A DNA stretch of 64,000 bases from positions 7,256,001 through 7,320,000 of the forward strand of contig CM075989.1 of NCBI GenBank assembly GCA_038087875.1, in the 5' to 3' direction. A model generated the notes under the pieces. That model saw only the letters and a list, made by a program, of their open reading frames with translations. It was not told where the DNA came from and did not search any database. A program made the translations under genes and the position numbers. Positions 1-11,610 of this stretch are shown here, one piece after another. Position 1 is the stretch's first letter, and each line of letters opens with the position of its first letter. The stretch comes from Malacoraja senta (Eukaryota).

Positions 1-409
1 ATCTGAACTGCGTCCATTGCATCAACCCCCTTCTGTAAATAAGGAGACTGACGATGTACACAATGCTCTAGACGTGGGCTTGCCAACTGAAGCCGAACCC
101 CTCCATTTGTTTTGTATTCTGTTCTGAGGGAAATGTGTGTGCAGTGGGTCAGGATGGAGAGCCTGCAGAGGGAAGAGGGGGGTATTGCTTGAATTCAGTG
201 TGGTGCCACTGGGGTTTAGACTACCCAAGTGGAATATGAAGTGCTGTGCTTTCAGTTTGGACTTGTCACTGCACTGGCTTCTCTCCTCAAAGATAAAGGA
301 AATGAAGGAATTGACTTGTTAAATTTGTTCTTTCGTTCTGTTTATGCTGGTGCAGAACTTGCACCGACTATTTTGCATGAGATTTAAGGAAAGGGTTATG
401 GCGAATTTC

Positions 410-612
410 ATAAGTTAAAGGAGCAAATTTACACCATTCGGCCCATCAAGTCTACTCTGGTATTCAATCATGGTTGATCTATCTTTCCCTCTCAACCTTC
501 TCCTCAAAACCCCTGACCCTATGCTAAACAAGAATCTGTCAATCCATGCTTTAACAATACCCAATGACTCAGCCTCCACAGTGATTTCCACAGATTCACC
601 ACCCTGGCTTTG
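410..612 (-). mobile_element. CR1-clade LINE 3' end fragment (decayed)
   Basis: Antisense of the CR1 3' terminus (ccattcggcccatcaagtctactc...ttccacagattcaccaccct), matching the other CR1 tails in the window. Confidence 0.7.
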
Positions 613-1689
613 AATTTGCTGCCGTGCCAGCATTCTGCAGCCAAATGATGATGTGAAGTTAGCTTGCACCTCCTTGCACTTGCTCCGCTATTAATCCCCT
701 CTGATAAAGATGGAAAATGCTGAATAGGTTTAGCAGATCAGGCAGCATGTGTGGAAAGGAAAACAGTTGTCGTTTTAGGTCTGGAACCCTTTCTCAGAAC
801 TGGGAAAGAGGAAAAAACAAATTAGTTTCCACTTAATAAATTTGTCATGGGATTACGTCCAGCAATTATTGCTTCAAAATATCTGCTGGTTGTCAGCATA
901 CCCAGACATTTGTCTCAATCACTTTGTCTCTAACTGATGAAGAATGGGCGAAAATGACTGCTAGATGTCTCTTGATTTGCTGTTGGGAGGATGGATGTGG
1001 TCTGGATTGTCTACTGTTTGACAATCGGCATAGATGGTTGATTGTGGTGGGGAAATGACCAAAGGATGTACCTGTGCAGCAGAAATTGAGTTCTGCCCCT
1101 TGAGCTGTGTACTTTTGTAAAATTCTTGCATTGTGTTAAACTCTTGAAAAAGTCGCACCTGGTAAACATCAATTCTGGATAGGGACCAAATTGCATTTTA
1201 GGTTTTCTTTTAGCGCGGAGCTCTTCACTAATTGATTTTTGTTTAGTCTGCATTTGTGGAGTTTATCGGTTAGCGGTTAGCTGCTGCACAGAGCTTCCAG
1301 TGAAGCTGTTATACTCCTGAAGCACACTTGTCTATTCAATTCTGTTGGGATGCAACTCTAAGGTTTGTCAACTGTTCAAGATTTCCTACATTTTCTAGTT
1401 GTCCGAACGTGCTACGAATTTAGATCATGGTTTAGTATTCTAATTGGTATGAAATAATGACAAATGGTGTCAATTAGCTGAGGTATGGATTAATGTATAG
1501 GTGTAAGAGATGTTGGCATGTGGTTAGAGAAGGTATAGTGAAACTCGATTTAAAGGGGATGTTCACTTAATACCTCTGTGCATCTTCTTAACACATTTAT
1601 CTTTTTTATCTGCGCTGGCTTTGTATTTACAAACATTTTATCCATACACCACAATACTGTTCAAACAGGGCTGGCTAACCCCCACTCCC

Positions 1690-2045
1690 CCCCCCCCCCC
1701 ATAGCCTCCAACCTTATTGGTTCCCAGCCCCCACGCGGCCCCTTTTTACCTTCTCCCCAAATTCCTTCAGCAGAACTGCCCTGGCAGACCCATCGTTTCT
1801 CCCTGCTCCTGCCCCACTGAAATAATTTCTACAAACCTCGATTCCATCCTATCTCCCTTCCCCCCCCCCCCCCGATCCATTCCCTTCCCACCTATGTCTA
1901 AGACATTAAGTTCTGAGGAAGTGTCCCGACCCAAAACTTCACCTGTTTCTTTTCTCCAGAGATGCTGCCTGACCTGCTGAGTTACTCCACCACTTTGTGT
2001 CTATCTCCGGCTTAAACCAGCATCCACAGCTCCTTCCTGCACAAC
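1690..2045 (+). mobile_element. Penelope-like element fragment: RT N-terminal motifs joined to the terminal-repeat tail
   Basis: ORF 1717-1980 reads PFYLLPKF..PGRPIVSPCSCPTEIIS..LDSILSP, the PLE RT finger motifs. The pLTR tail follows from about 1912 (ctgaggaagtgtcccgacccaaaac...gagttactccac...cagcatcc). Confidence 0.8.
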
Positions 2046-2239
2046 AATATCTCGTAGCCAGCTTTTCCTTCTCTTTTTACTGATTACACGGTGCTAATAT
2101 GGTTTGTTTTTCGCTGTGTTGATACAAGTGACAATAAAAAACCAATACCAGTTTGACCCGTTTTATTTTTCTTGATCACCTGTCCTTTATCCTCCAATAT
2201 AGTTCAGATGTAGGCATGTCTTTGACTTTTTGTGGACCT

Positions 2240-2452
2240 AGAACATGGTACAGCACAGGAACAGCCCTTTGGGCCCACAATGCATGTGCCAAACATGATG
2301 CCAAGTTAAACTGATCTCTCCTGCCTGTATGTGATCCACATCTCTCTATTCTCTGCATATCCATGAGTCTATCTGATGACTTCTTAAATCCCACCATCAT
2401 ATCTGTCTCCACCAACACCACCACCCCTGGCAACGTGTTCCAGGCACCCACC
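2240..2452 (-). mobile_element. CR1-clade LINE 3' end fragment
   Basis: Minus-strand translation GAWNTLPGVVV...FKKSSDRLMD followed by a CR1-type 3' UTR. Confidence 0.75.
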
Positions 2453-3854
2453 CCCTATACAATTGTGGAGGTCAGAGATGGGGAGATTTGAAATAAGGAT
2501 GAGAATTTTAAACAGCAATGTGTTATTGGATAGGGAGCAAACGCTGTTTAATTAATATCTGCTTGTTAATTGATTGCTGGCAGTCATTTTAATTGCATGA
2601 AATAACTCTCTGAACAAGAGAGTGGTTAATCTGAACACCACGATTTATCTGCCCTGCATCAGTCCCAGTTGTCTGAGAGTCGAGAGCTGCTAAATGATGG
2701 CCTTTGTGATGCACATTTTGGCACTTTATTGGAAAAAAAGCACCCTTGAGCTTTCAAAGCTAAAATATAACATGTCAAGTCAAGTGATTGAAGGCAGAAA
2801 TTCTCCACTCTAAACTCTCCGTTCCAAGGTAGGAAACCTTCAGATGTGTTTAATGACAAAGAGCTTTAGTTTGACAAATTCAGTAAACTTCCTGCTGTAG
2901 TTTAAACTATATTTCTTTGTTTGCGCCAACAGACGCACAGAATTATAGACGGGCCCTTTAGTTGAGGCCACGCTGGTTATGAAATAGTTACTGCATTTCA
3001 AGGGAGACGGGTTGCCCTCTCCTGCCATCTTTAAGTCTTTCGTGACATGAAGCAGTTGGAAATGTACGATTTGACATGAGTGAGTAATTGGAGCCTTTGG
3101 TGGGTTACATGCAGTAATACCTGTCATGAGTGAACACCCCTTTTAAAATGAAACCTTTTTGAACAGAAGACCACGGATGAATAATAAAGAGTGAAAATGT
3201 ACTGCCCAGCAAGTTTCTTTCCACACTGACTCACCACATCTATGATTCAGGCAGTTCGACGTAAAAATAGTTTGACAGGGGCATTGTTTGATCTTCAAAG
3301 AATATTGGGCATGTCATTAGGCCCTGTAAAGAGAAAAGAGGCACTTGCAATGGTTTTGAGGGTGGCTGGTTGAGGAAGTGGTGAGGGTGAGATATATAAA
3401 GAATTGAAGAGATGTTATGTTTCTGAAAGCGGGGAAAAGTCGCAATTATTGGACATTATAGACAATAGGTGCAGGAGTAGGCCATTCGTTCCTTCGAGCC
3501 AGCACCGCCATTCAATGTGATCATGGCTGATCATCCAAAATCAGTACCCCGTTCCTGCCTTCTCCCTGCGTTCATGAGTTTAAATATATATCTGTGCTGT
3601 GTTTAGTTATATTGCTTTTCACCAACTAGCTTTTTTTTTTTGGTGACATTTCCATGATAAGTATGGAACTGTCATGAATTATACATCTCTGCAGCCTTGG
3701 TACTGCTCCCCTACACTGGGACGTAGTTAGACCAGGCTTGGCCTCTGCTGTCTGTTGGCAAGAAAGGTCATTGCCATCTTTTCAATCCTTCTCCTACCTT
3801 AAGGAAATTTGTCCCAGTCACTGTCTCCATCCCGGTTACTATGTGGAACGAAAC

Positions 3855-4190
3855 AAGAGGTATACAAAATCATGAGGAATGGATCAAGTAAACGCAATCT
3901 CTTGCCCAGCATCGGAGAATCGAGAACCTTAGGTTTAAGGTGAGGGGGGAAGATTTAAAAGGAGCCTGAAGGGTAACGTTTTTACACAAACGGTGGTGGG
4001 TACATGGAACCTGCTTGTGGAGGATGTAGTTGAGACAGGTACTATTGTGACATTTAAGAAACATTTAGACAGGTACATGGATAGAGGGTAGGTTTAGAGG
4101 GATATGGGCCAAACACAGGCAGATGGGACATGTTGGTCAGTTTGGGCAAGTTGGGCTGAAGAGCCTGTTTCCACTCTATATGTCTCTAAG
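3855..4190 (+). mobile_element. CR1-clade LINE 3' fragment
   Basis: gaggtatacaaaatcatgagg...tttttacacaaacggtggtgggtacatggaac...gggctgaagagcctgtttcc; collinear with the copy at 16995-17418. Confidence 0.8.
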
Positions 4191-4614
4191 ATTATTTGGA
4201 ACCTTGGCATCATATTTGACCCTTAAGTTGACTTTTAGACTTCTAATCTGCGTCCATGTCCCTTTAACATTGCCCTATTCTGTCCCTGTTCATCGTCTGA
4301 AATCTTTAATCACATCTTTATTTCTAGAGTTGATAATACCAACACACTTGTTTTTACTCTCTTAAAAAAAAAAAACGGAGTTGATTCCAAAATGTTGCTG
4401 TTCACATCCACCAAGTTTTGTTCTCCTTTTACCCCATGCTTGCTGCTGGTTTAGACAGGTTCCAGTTAAGCAAAATCTTAAGTTTAATTTTTTTTCTTCC
4501 AAATGGCACATGGACGTTCTTGAACCTATCAGGTCTCCAGATCAATGGCCTTGTGTATCTGGGCGTTTCCAGCTCCACTTCCAGCCAATTTCAAATGGAT
4601 AAATGTAACACCAT

Positions 4615-4802
4615 GGGCGCCGCACGATTGCAGCCCCGCCAACAGTCTGTCTGTTTTTTCGTCTTTTTAATTTTTTTTATTGTGTGTTAAAAGTCTGTGT
4701 AAATGTTCTCTGGTTTGTTTTATGGAGGGGGTCGGGGGAAACCTTTTTCCAGTTTCTTACCTTGCCGGAGATGCGATTGTTTTCCAGGTCGCATCTGCGG
4801 TC
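4615..4802 (+). mobile_element. 5' portion of an unclassified GC-rich non-coding retroposon (family of 10605-11280 and 44745-45322)
   Basis: Reverse complement matches 45120-45320 (gcagcc..gccaac(a/g)gtctgtct, T-rich tract, ccttg(c/a)cggagatgcga). Confidence 0.6.
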
Positions 4803-4929
4803 AGTGTGAGAGTGGGAATGGGAAAGGGAATAAATGTGTTTACCACTCTGCAGCCTCTTGCTTTCCTGTGCATTGGAAATGCCGCACTAGGCCATGGTGC
4901 AATTAGTCAAGATACTTTCTAAAGAATGC

Positions 4930-5055
4930 CGGAAGGAACTGCAGATGCTGGTTTATACCAAAGATAGACACAAAGTGCTGGAGTAACTCAGCAGGTCAGG
5001 CAGCATCTCTGGAGAAAAAGGAGTGACGTTTCATGTCAGAAATCTTTTTCAGACT
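4930..5055 (-). mobile_element. PLE terminal-repeat (pLTR) fragment
   Basis: gaaggaactgcagatgctgg...gacacaaagtgctggagtaactcagc...gtgacgtttc...ttcagact, the antisense of the pLTR tail. Confidence 0.8.
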
Positions 5056-5429
5056 CTCGAGTCTACTTTCTAAAGTGCATCTGTAGAAGTTTGGGCATTC
5101 AGAAACATATCAAATCTCTTTGAACGTGAGGAAGTAGAAGGACTGGTGTGCCTTCATCATGATTACATCTGTGCTCTTCATCATCTCTGACTTTAATCAG
5201 TCTAGTGGTAGTGGTTGTAGCTTCAGCTGCAATTCCTTCCCTGAACCTCACCATCTCCTTTACATATTCTGTTGTGTTGCTGCAAGTAAGAATTTCATTG
5301 TTCTATCTGGGACGAATGACAATAAAACATTCATGACCCTTACTCCTTTAAAGCTGCTCCTTAATAGCAGCTCTTTATGCAAGCTTGCGGACATCTTCCG
5401 TAATATCTTTATTTACTTATTACTATTTA

Positions 5430-5640
5430 ATAACAATAATAATAGTAATACATTTTATTTATGGGCGCCTTTCAGGACTCTCAAGGACACCTTACAGATT
5501 GAAACAAGCAAATTACAAACATATAAACAAAATGAGACAAAAAAGAATTAGCAGGGACAGCAACAATACACAATTCAAAGAGAGAGCAGCGGCAGCTAGT
5601 CGCGCCAGTGTTCACGCACCAGGCCCCCTCTCCTTGTTAC
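5430..5640 (-). mobile_element. L2-clade LINE/SINE 3' tail
   Basis: Minus strand reads gtaaggtgtccttgagagtcctgaaaggcgcccataaataaaatgtattactattattattg. This is the typical L2-type stem-loop followed by a (TAT)n tail. Confidence 0.65.
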
Positions 5641-8600
5641 GTCCATGTGAAAAAAATCTCATGGTGCAAGGTGGAAAAGGTGCAAGGAGTTCACCAGATG
5701 TCCTGCCAACATTCTGCGTTTAGTCAACATCGCCACAGATGATTCATTGGTGACTCCCTCCTTTCCCTTTTGTGGGACCTTTGTGTGCAAGCAGGCAATA
5801 ATATTTACCTGTTTAACCATGATAGAACTCTGTAGTTCATTGTGCACTGAGATGTTGACAGAATGATAAGATACTGTAAATGCATAGTGTATTTGGAATC
5901 TGCTCCACCTGTTTAAAGGCAGTACTAGGCTTTCCTTTGAGTATCATGACCCAGTTCATTTGCACCCATAAGAGGCTTACAAAACCAGCGCCAAATTTGG
6001 CGCAATGAAAACTTGGCACTTGATTTGTAAAAGCAGTAGAACGCAGGTTAGAATGTATGAACATTATTTCTTCTCTTGACATTTTCTTGACCAAAAAAAA
6101 ATTTGGACTATTTCAGTGTTGAGAGTTTGCTTTTAAGGATTTCTGGTGGTTTGTTTGTATTTATTTGGGTAGGTGCGGAGAAGCAAATGTTCTGAGCTTT
6201 TAAGTGCTCCCTTTCTCAGGACTGAACTGCCGAAAGTGATGTTCGACTTATAAACGGCACCATTCATTCCCTGAAACCATTTATGTACAAGGAAACCAGC
6301 CTGTAAATTATGTCAAGTGGAAGGTTGTCTGTAAATAGTGCACTTTTTATTCCAGTCTAATTGCTCACTTCCTTAAGTTCGGTTTTATTCCCTTGCCAAC
6401 AGAGCACCCGACCACATGCTTTGCTCATCTCCATCATATATAATATGGCAGTCGGTAGCAGACAAAAGCCAATGGATTTCCCTGATCTTTGATTAAAGGT
6501 GAATAAAGAATTTCCTCCTAATTCTTTTCGCCCCTTATTTTCTTGCCTTGAATGTTGATTTGGAGATTTAATGTAAATACAGCAGAGTCCCTTGAGGTAT
6601 TATAGCAAAACTTTCTTCAGCAAAAACTTTCTTACAGTGATCTCATTTCCATGCCTGTGCTCATATCATTTTGTGTTCTCCATTTTCCTTTTAAAAAAAA
6701 ACTCAATCTTTGCTTCAAAAGCCATTTGAGCCAGTGTATTCTGTACTTCTAACATGTCTGTGTGGGAGGGATTCCTCTGATTTCTCTTTTTAAATGTTCT
6801 GATAATTATGAGTCGACGGCTCCTGTTACTAATTCACCAACCAGCTGGCACAATCTTTCACTAACTACTCTCTCAAAACGATTATGTTAAACATCTGTTG
6901 GATTTCTCCTTGAACTTCTCTCTTCCGGTGGAAAGGAGCAATTTTCTCCTTGTGCTTTTGTAACACTGAGCAGGGGATCATAAATTCTTTCTTGGATTGC
7001 AATATCCCGGGCATGAAACCCTCTGAACTGTATACTGTCCTACTGTGGTTCAACTAATGACACAAATAAAATATAATGTTGGTAGTCTATGTATCCTGTT
7101 TGCCTTTTGCCTTCCAGCTGTGTCTTGTAAGTATGTGTATAGCTGCACCTCCTAGATCCCACTTTCCCTCTGTTTGCATTAAGCAGGTGCTGGCTTTTGT
7201 CCAGGTGGCAGTCCTTTGAAATCTTAACCTGTGCTTGTAAGGCGTGACGATGTCGCTGCTGGGTTTAAGGTGCCTTCGCTGACCAAAAGTGATTGTCTAT
7301 CTTCACGGTGGCACCTCTTTATCTAATTCCGAGCACTATCACTGTCACTTCTTCCTCCGTGTACATGTTCATGGTCAGCAGCTGTGACCGTGACTGCACC
7401 CAATTTACCACCCCATCCACTGTCATTTCATTTCTATCTCACTCCCATTCTGTTCCTGTCGTCTGAATTATTTCAATACTGAGGAGTAATTGTATTCGCT
7501 CCTTCGTACTCAACCACAATCATTGCCAGATTTAAGCCAGTGCTATTTTCATTTTCACACCAGAATACAACATTTTGGGAAAAGCCACAAGAATGTGTCT
7601 CAATCGCCTGTTGTTCACAGCACAATTGGTGAGAATCTTCACTGGAGACCTTTGAGTGATCTTAATCCAACTTCAATGTTATATCTTGCACGATATGTTG
7701 TGGGCACCCTTAACCTTTACCAGTGGACTATGGTCGGCTTGTTTGTATTCATGTATAGTCTTTTATTTGACTGGATCGCGCGCAAACAAAAGCGATTCAC
7801 TGTACCTTGGTGCACATGGCTATAAACTAGGGTATTAGCTTTGTTTTCTCTCCTTCCCCCACCTCTTTCCTCCCGGTGTGTGATCAGAGGCAATTTACAA
7901 ACTGCTTGACCATGACTTCACATCAATCACAGCTGTCTCGCTCACGGGGTTATTGTGTTGATTAGTGCTAATTAATAATCCTTTGAACTAATTTTTTTTC
8001 CCATTGACACCATGGAATTCTTTAAATTATAATGCGTTTTGGAGAAGTTTGCAGTGCACTATTCTATTCTGGAGTTTCCAGATGCCATGTAGCAGCTTTG
8101 TTTGTGCTCTTGTATTAAGGGTTTCCTTTCCTCCCCTCCTGCCGAGTGTGCCTTATGTATTCTAGCTTACCTGCTGCTATAAGAGTGGACGTTTTCAAAG
8201 TGGAGCCAAGAAACGCTGCCCCGTGAGAGGGGGCGCTTAAGTGCAGTCCCTTGACACGGCCTGATAATGCTAATGGCTGCTTAAACACAAATGTGCTGGA
8301 AATGCACAGCAGGTAGAATTGCTTTGGAGAGGAAGATAGTTAGGGTTTCATGCTGGGACCCTTCTGCAAGAAGGCTTTTTAATGAACGATGTCGACATGC
8401 AGCGCTGGTTCAGATGTTAATTGATTGCTGCACTTATTTTATATTTCCAACATTTTTTTTTAAACCGGTTCTAAAATCCATTTGATTTTCATGGTTTCTC
8501 TGTAAGCAATTGAATAACCTAATTATTGGCAAAGCAAGTCTTTCAGCAAATTAGTGAGATGGAATAAAAAGTCTGGTGTTTAAAAAATAAAAAAAATAAA

Positions 8601-9096
8601 AAAATCTAGATTGATTGAACAGGAAATATTGGACCAAAAATGCAGGTCAGGCCATTCCCAGAGTATTGTCTACAAATTTGGTTCCCTGTGTTGTAAAACT
8701 ATTTGGTAGTGCAGAAATTGTTCACTGGACGAATGCCTGGGTTCAGGAGGTTGTCGTGTGACAAAGGAGCGAGTAGATTCACTGTAACCTCAAGAGCTTG
8801 GAGGAATAAGGTAAAATCTTGTCAACGTTCAACAGAATCTTGCACCTTGACATGGTGGATGGTGCGAGGTTTGCCTGTATTAGGGACGTCTGTTCTGAGG
8901 GACACAGTCTCAGCAAAAGGGTTGGCATTAAAGATTGAGATGATGAATTTCTGGTTGGAGGTGAGGATTCTGCATCTGAAAGTTGTGCAGCATCTTTAAT
9001 GCCGAGAGATTTTTCGATGAGTGACTAGAGTTTTGGAGATCAGACATAAGAATGGTTTGAGGTCAGCAATTAGATCAGCACAGGATCATGGGGTCT

Positions 9097-9770
9097 TGTG
9101 TAGGAAGGAACTGCAGATGCTGGAATAGCTACTTCCCCACAGCCATCAGGCTATTAAACTCGGCTCGGACAAAACTCTGAACATTAATAGCCCATTATCT
9201 GTTTATTTGCACTTTATCAGTTTATTCATGTGTGTATATATTTATATAATGGTATACGGACACACTGATCTGTTCTGTATTCATGCCTACAATGTTCTGT
9301 TGTGCTGAAGCAAAGCAAGAATTTTATTGTCCTATCAGGGACACATGACAATAAACTCTCTTGACTCTTGGTTTAAACTGAAGCTGGATTAGCTCAGTGG
9401 GACAGGCAGCTGAGGAGGAATGGGTGACGTTTCGGGTCGAGAACTTCTTCAGATTAGAGTCAGGGGAAAGGGAAATTAGTGATATAGACATTGACGTAGA
9501 GAGATATAGAATAAATGAACAAAAGTCATGCAAAAATAGTAACGATGATAAAGGAAACAGGCCATTTGTTAGCTGTTTGCTAGGTAAGAATGAGAAGCTG
9601 GTGCGACTAAGGTGGGGGAGGGTTCAAGAGAGAAGGAATGCAGTGGTTACTTGAAGTTAGAGAAATCATACCACAGGGTTGTAAGCTGCTCAAATGAAAT
9701 ATGAGATGCTGTTCCTACAATTTGCATTTAGTCTCACTCTGACAATGGAGGAGGCCTAGGACAGAAAGGT
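9097..9770 (-). mobile_element. PLE 3' fragment (GIY-YIG C-terminus plus pLTR) interrupted by a Rex1/Babar tail
   Basis: pLTR sequence resumes at about 9371 after the insert. 9650-9770 is antisense of the GIY-YIG C-terminus (QHLIF...). Confidence 0.7.
9122..9370 (+). mobile_element. Rex1/Babar LINE 3' end
   Basis: ggaatagctacttccccacagccatcaggctattaaac (NSYFPTAIRLLN) plus a 3' UTR nearly identical to 60660-60891. Confidence 0.85.
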
Positions 9771-10367
9771 CTTATGATTTCTTTATCTCTTTCAAGGGAA
9801 TTGAATCGGTTTGTAGCGATTTCAAGGTAGGGACATGACCATTATGAGCAGTCGCAGTAACACCCCCCCCCCTCCCTAATATGAAGATAATTTGTGCACA
9901 TACATCATCCACTCTTCAGAAGTATTGATGTTGATAATGGGACTTGCGACCCCAGAAAAAATATCTAAGCCGCTCTCGTAATGTGCCAATGTAATTTGAG
10001 TTCCATCATACGGGATATAGACACAAGAAGCTGGTGTAACTCAGCGGGTCAGACAGCATCTCTGGAGAAAAGGAATGGGTGACGTTTCAGGTCGACACCC
10101 TTCTATCAAGAATCGCAGCAGTTCTTACATTGATTACACAAAATATTTTTGTCAACAGTGGCAGCACTAATGTAAACCCCTCAAACAGCACCTTCCAAAC
10201 CAGTGACCTCCACCGTTTGGGCAGCTTTCAGCCCAGTGGTATGACTTTTGATTTCTCTAACTTCAAGTTCCCTCTCTCCACCCCTCCCCCACCCAAGTTG
10301 CACCAGCTTCTCGTTTTCATCCAACATACAGCTAACAATATAGCTGTTTCCTTTATCATAGTTATTT

Positions 10368-10581
10368 AAGATTGAGGGGGGATCTTATAGAAACTTACAA
10401 ATTTCTTAAGGGGTTGGACAGGCTAGATGCAGGAAGATTGTTCCCGATGTTCCCGATGTTGGGGAAGTCCAGAACAAGGGGTCATAGTTTAAGGATAAGG
10501 GGGAAGTCTTTTAGGACCGAGATGAGAAAAGAAAATTTCACACAGAGAGTGGTGAATCTGTGGAATTCTCTGCCACAGAAA
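10368..10581 (+). mobile_element. CR1-clade LINE ORF2 C-terminal fragment
   Basis: RGDLIETYKFLKGLDRLDAGRLFPM...FTQRVVNLWNSLPQK, with an internal 9-bp duplication ttcccgatg. Confidence 0.9.
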
Positions 10582-10604
10582 GAGATTAGAGAGAGAGATT
10601 AGAG

Positions 10605-11280
10605 ATTCCTTTATTTGTCATTCAGACCTTTCGGTCTGAATGAAATTTCGTTGCCTGCAGTCATACATATAATAATAAATAACAAAACACACAAATAAAC
10701 ACAAATTAACATCCACCACAGTGAGTTCACCAGGCACCTCCTCACTGTGATGGAGGCAAAAGTCTTAAAGTCTCTGTCTCTTCCCGCTTTGTTCTTCCTC
10801 TGCGCTGAGGCGATCCAGGCTTCTGACGTTGTGACCCCGCCGGGTGATGGTAAGTCAATCCCGCGGCTGAATCCGTGCTCCGTCCGCGACGGGCCGGTTC
10901 AAACTCCGCGGCCCGGGGTGGCCGAAGCTGCCGCCCTCCAGTCCAGCGGACGCAGCTGTAGTTGCGGGAGCCCCAGAAAAACAGGTCACCAACCTGTGAC
11001 CTGCGAGCTCCCGACGATGTCGTCCACCGGGCCCGCGGCCGAGCCTCCGGATTCAGGTCGCCACCAGTGTCTTTGGTCGCCACCGCTGGAACGCCACCGC
11101 AGCCCCGAAGTTGGCCAGCCCACGCTGGTAAGTCCTGGCTCTGCCTCCGGAGCCTCGAGGTCGGTCGCAGTTGGAGTTGGAGGTCGGCAGCTCCGCCATT
11201 AGGCCTCGGCGCAGACGGAGGCAGAGAAGGGGGATACGACAAGAAAAAGTCGCATTCCCCCGAAGGAAGAGACAAAATTC
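10605..11280 (-). mobile_element. Unclassified GC/CpG-rich non-coding retroposon with hairpin + AATAAA + short-repeat tail
   Basis: Shares blocks with 44745-45322 (aacatccaccacag..cactgtgatgga; gaaaaagtcgcat..aagga(a)agaga). The minus-strand end reads hairpin-acaaataaa-(aatctct)n. Confidence 0.6.
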
Positions 11281-11454
11281 ATGTTTCAACCTCCTTCTCT
11301 CCAGATATGCTGCCTGTCCCGCTGAGTTATTCCAGCTTTTTGTGTCTAAGTCTACCGCCAAGATGGACAATGGCAACAGGGACAAGGGACCACAACTGCC
11401 TGCAGTTCCTCCTCCAAGTCATCCACCATCCTGACTGCTGTTCCTTGTTGGAGA

Positions 11455-11610
11455 CGCAAGAAACTAAAGATGCTGGAATCTTGCATAGAACACAGTGCTG
11501 GAGTAACTCATAGGGTCTGAAGAAGGGGTGTCAACCTGAAAGATTGACTATCAAAGTTCTCCAGAGATGCTGCCTGTCCTGTTAAATTACTTCAGCACTT
11601 TGAGTTCCAT
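11455..11610. mobile_element. Fold-back PLE pLTR mini-element (decayed)
   Basis: Antisense arm gatgctgg...gtgctggagtaactca, followed by sense arm gtctgaagaaggg...ccagagatgctgcc...ttacttcagcactttg. Confidence 0.7.

Noticed and set aside
10742..11513. Several overlapping 110-183 aa ORFs on both strands
   Set aside because: By-product of a GC-rich repeat with few stop codons; no domain motif and not conserved in the related copy at 44745-45322.
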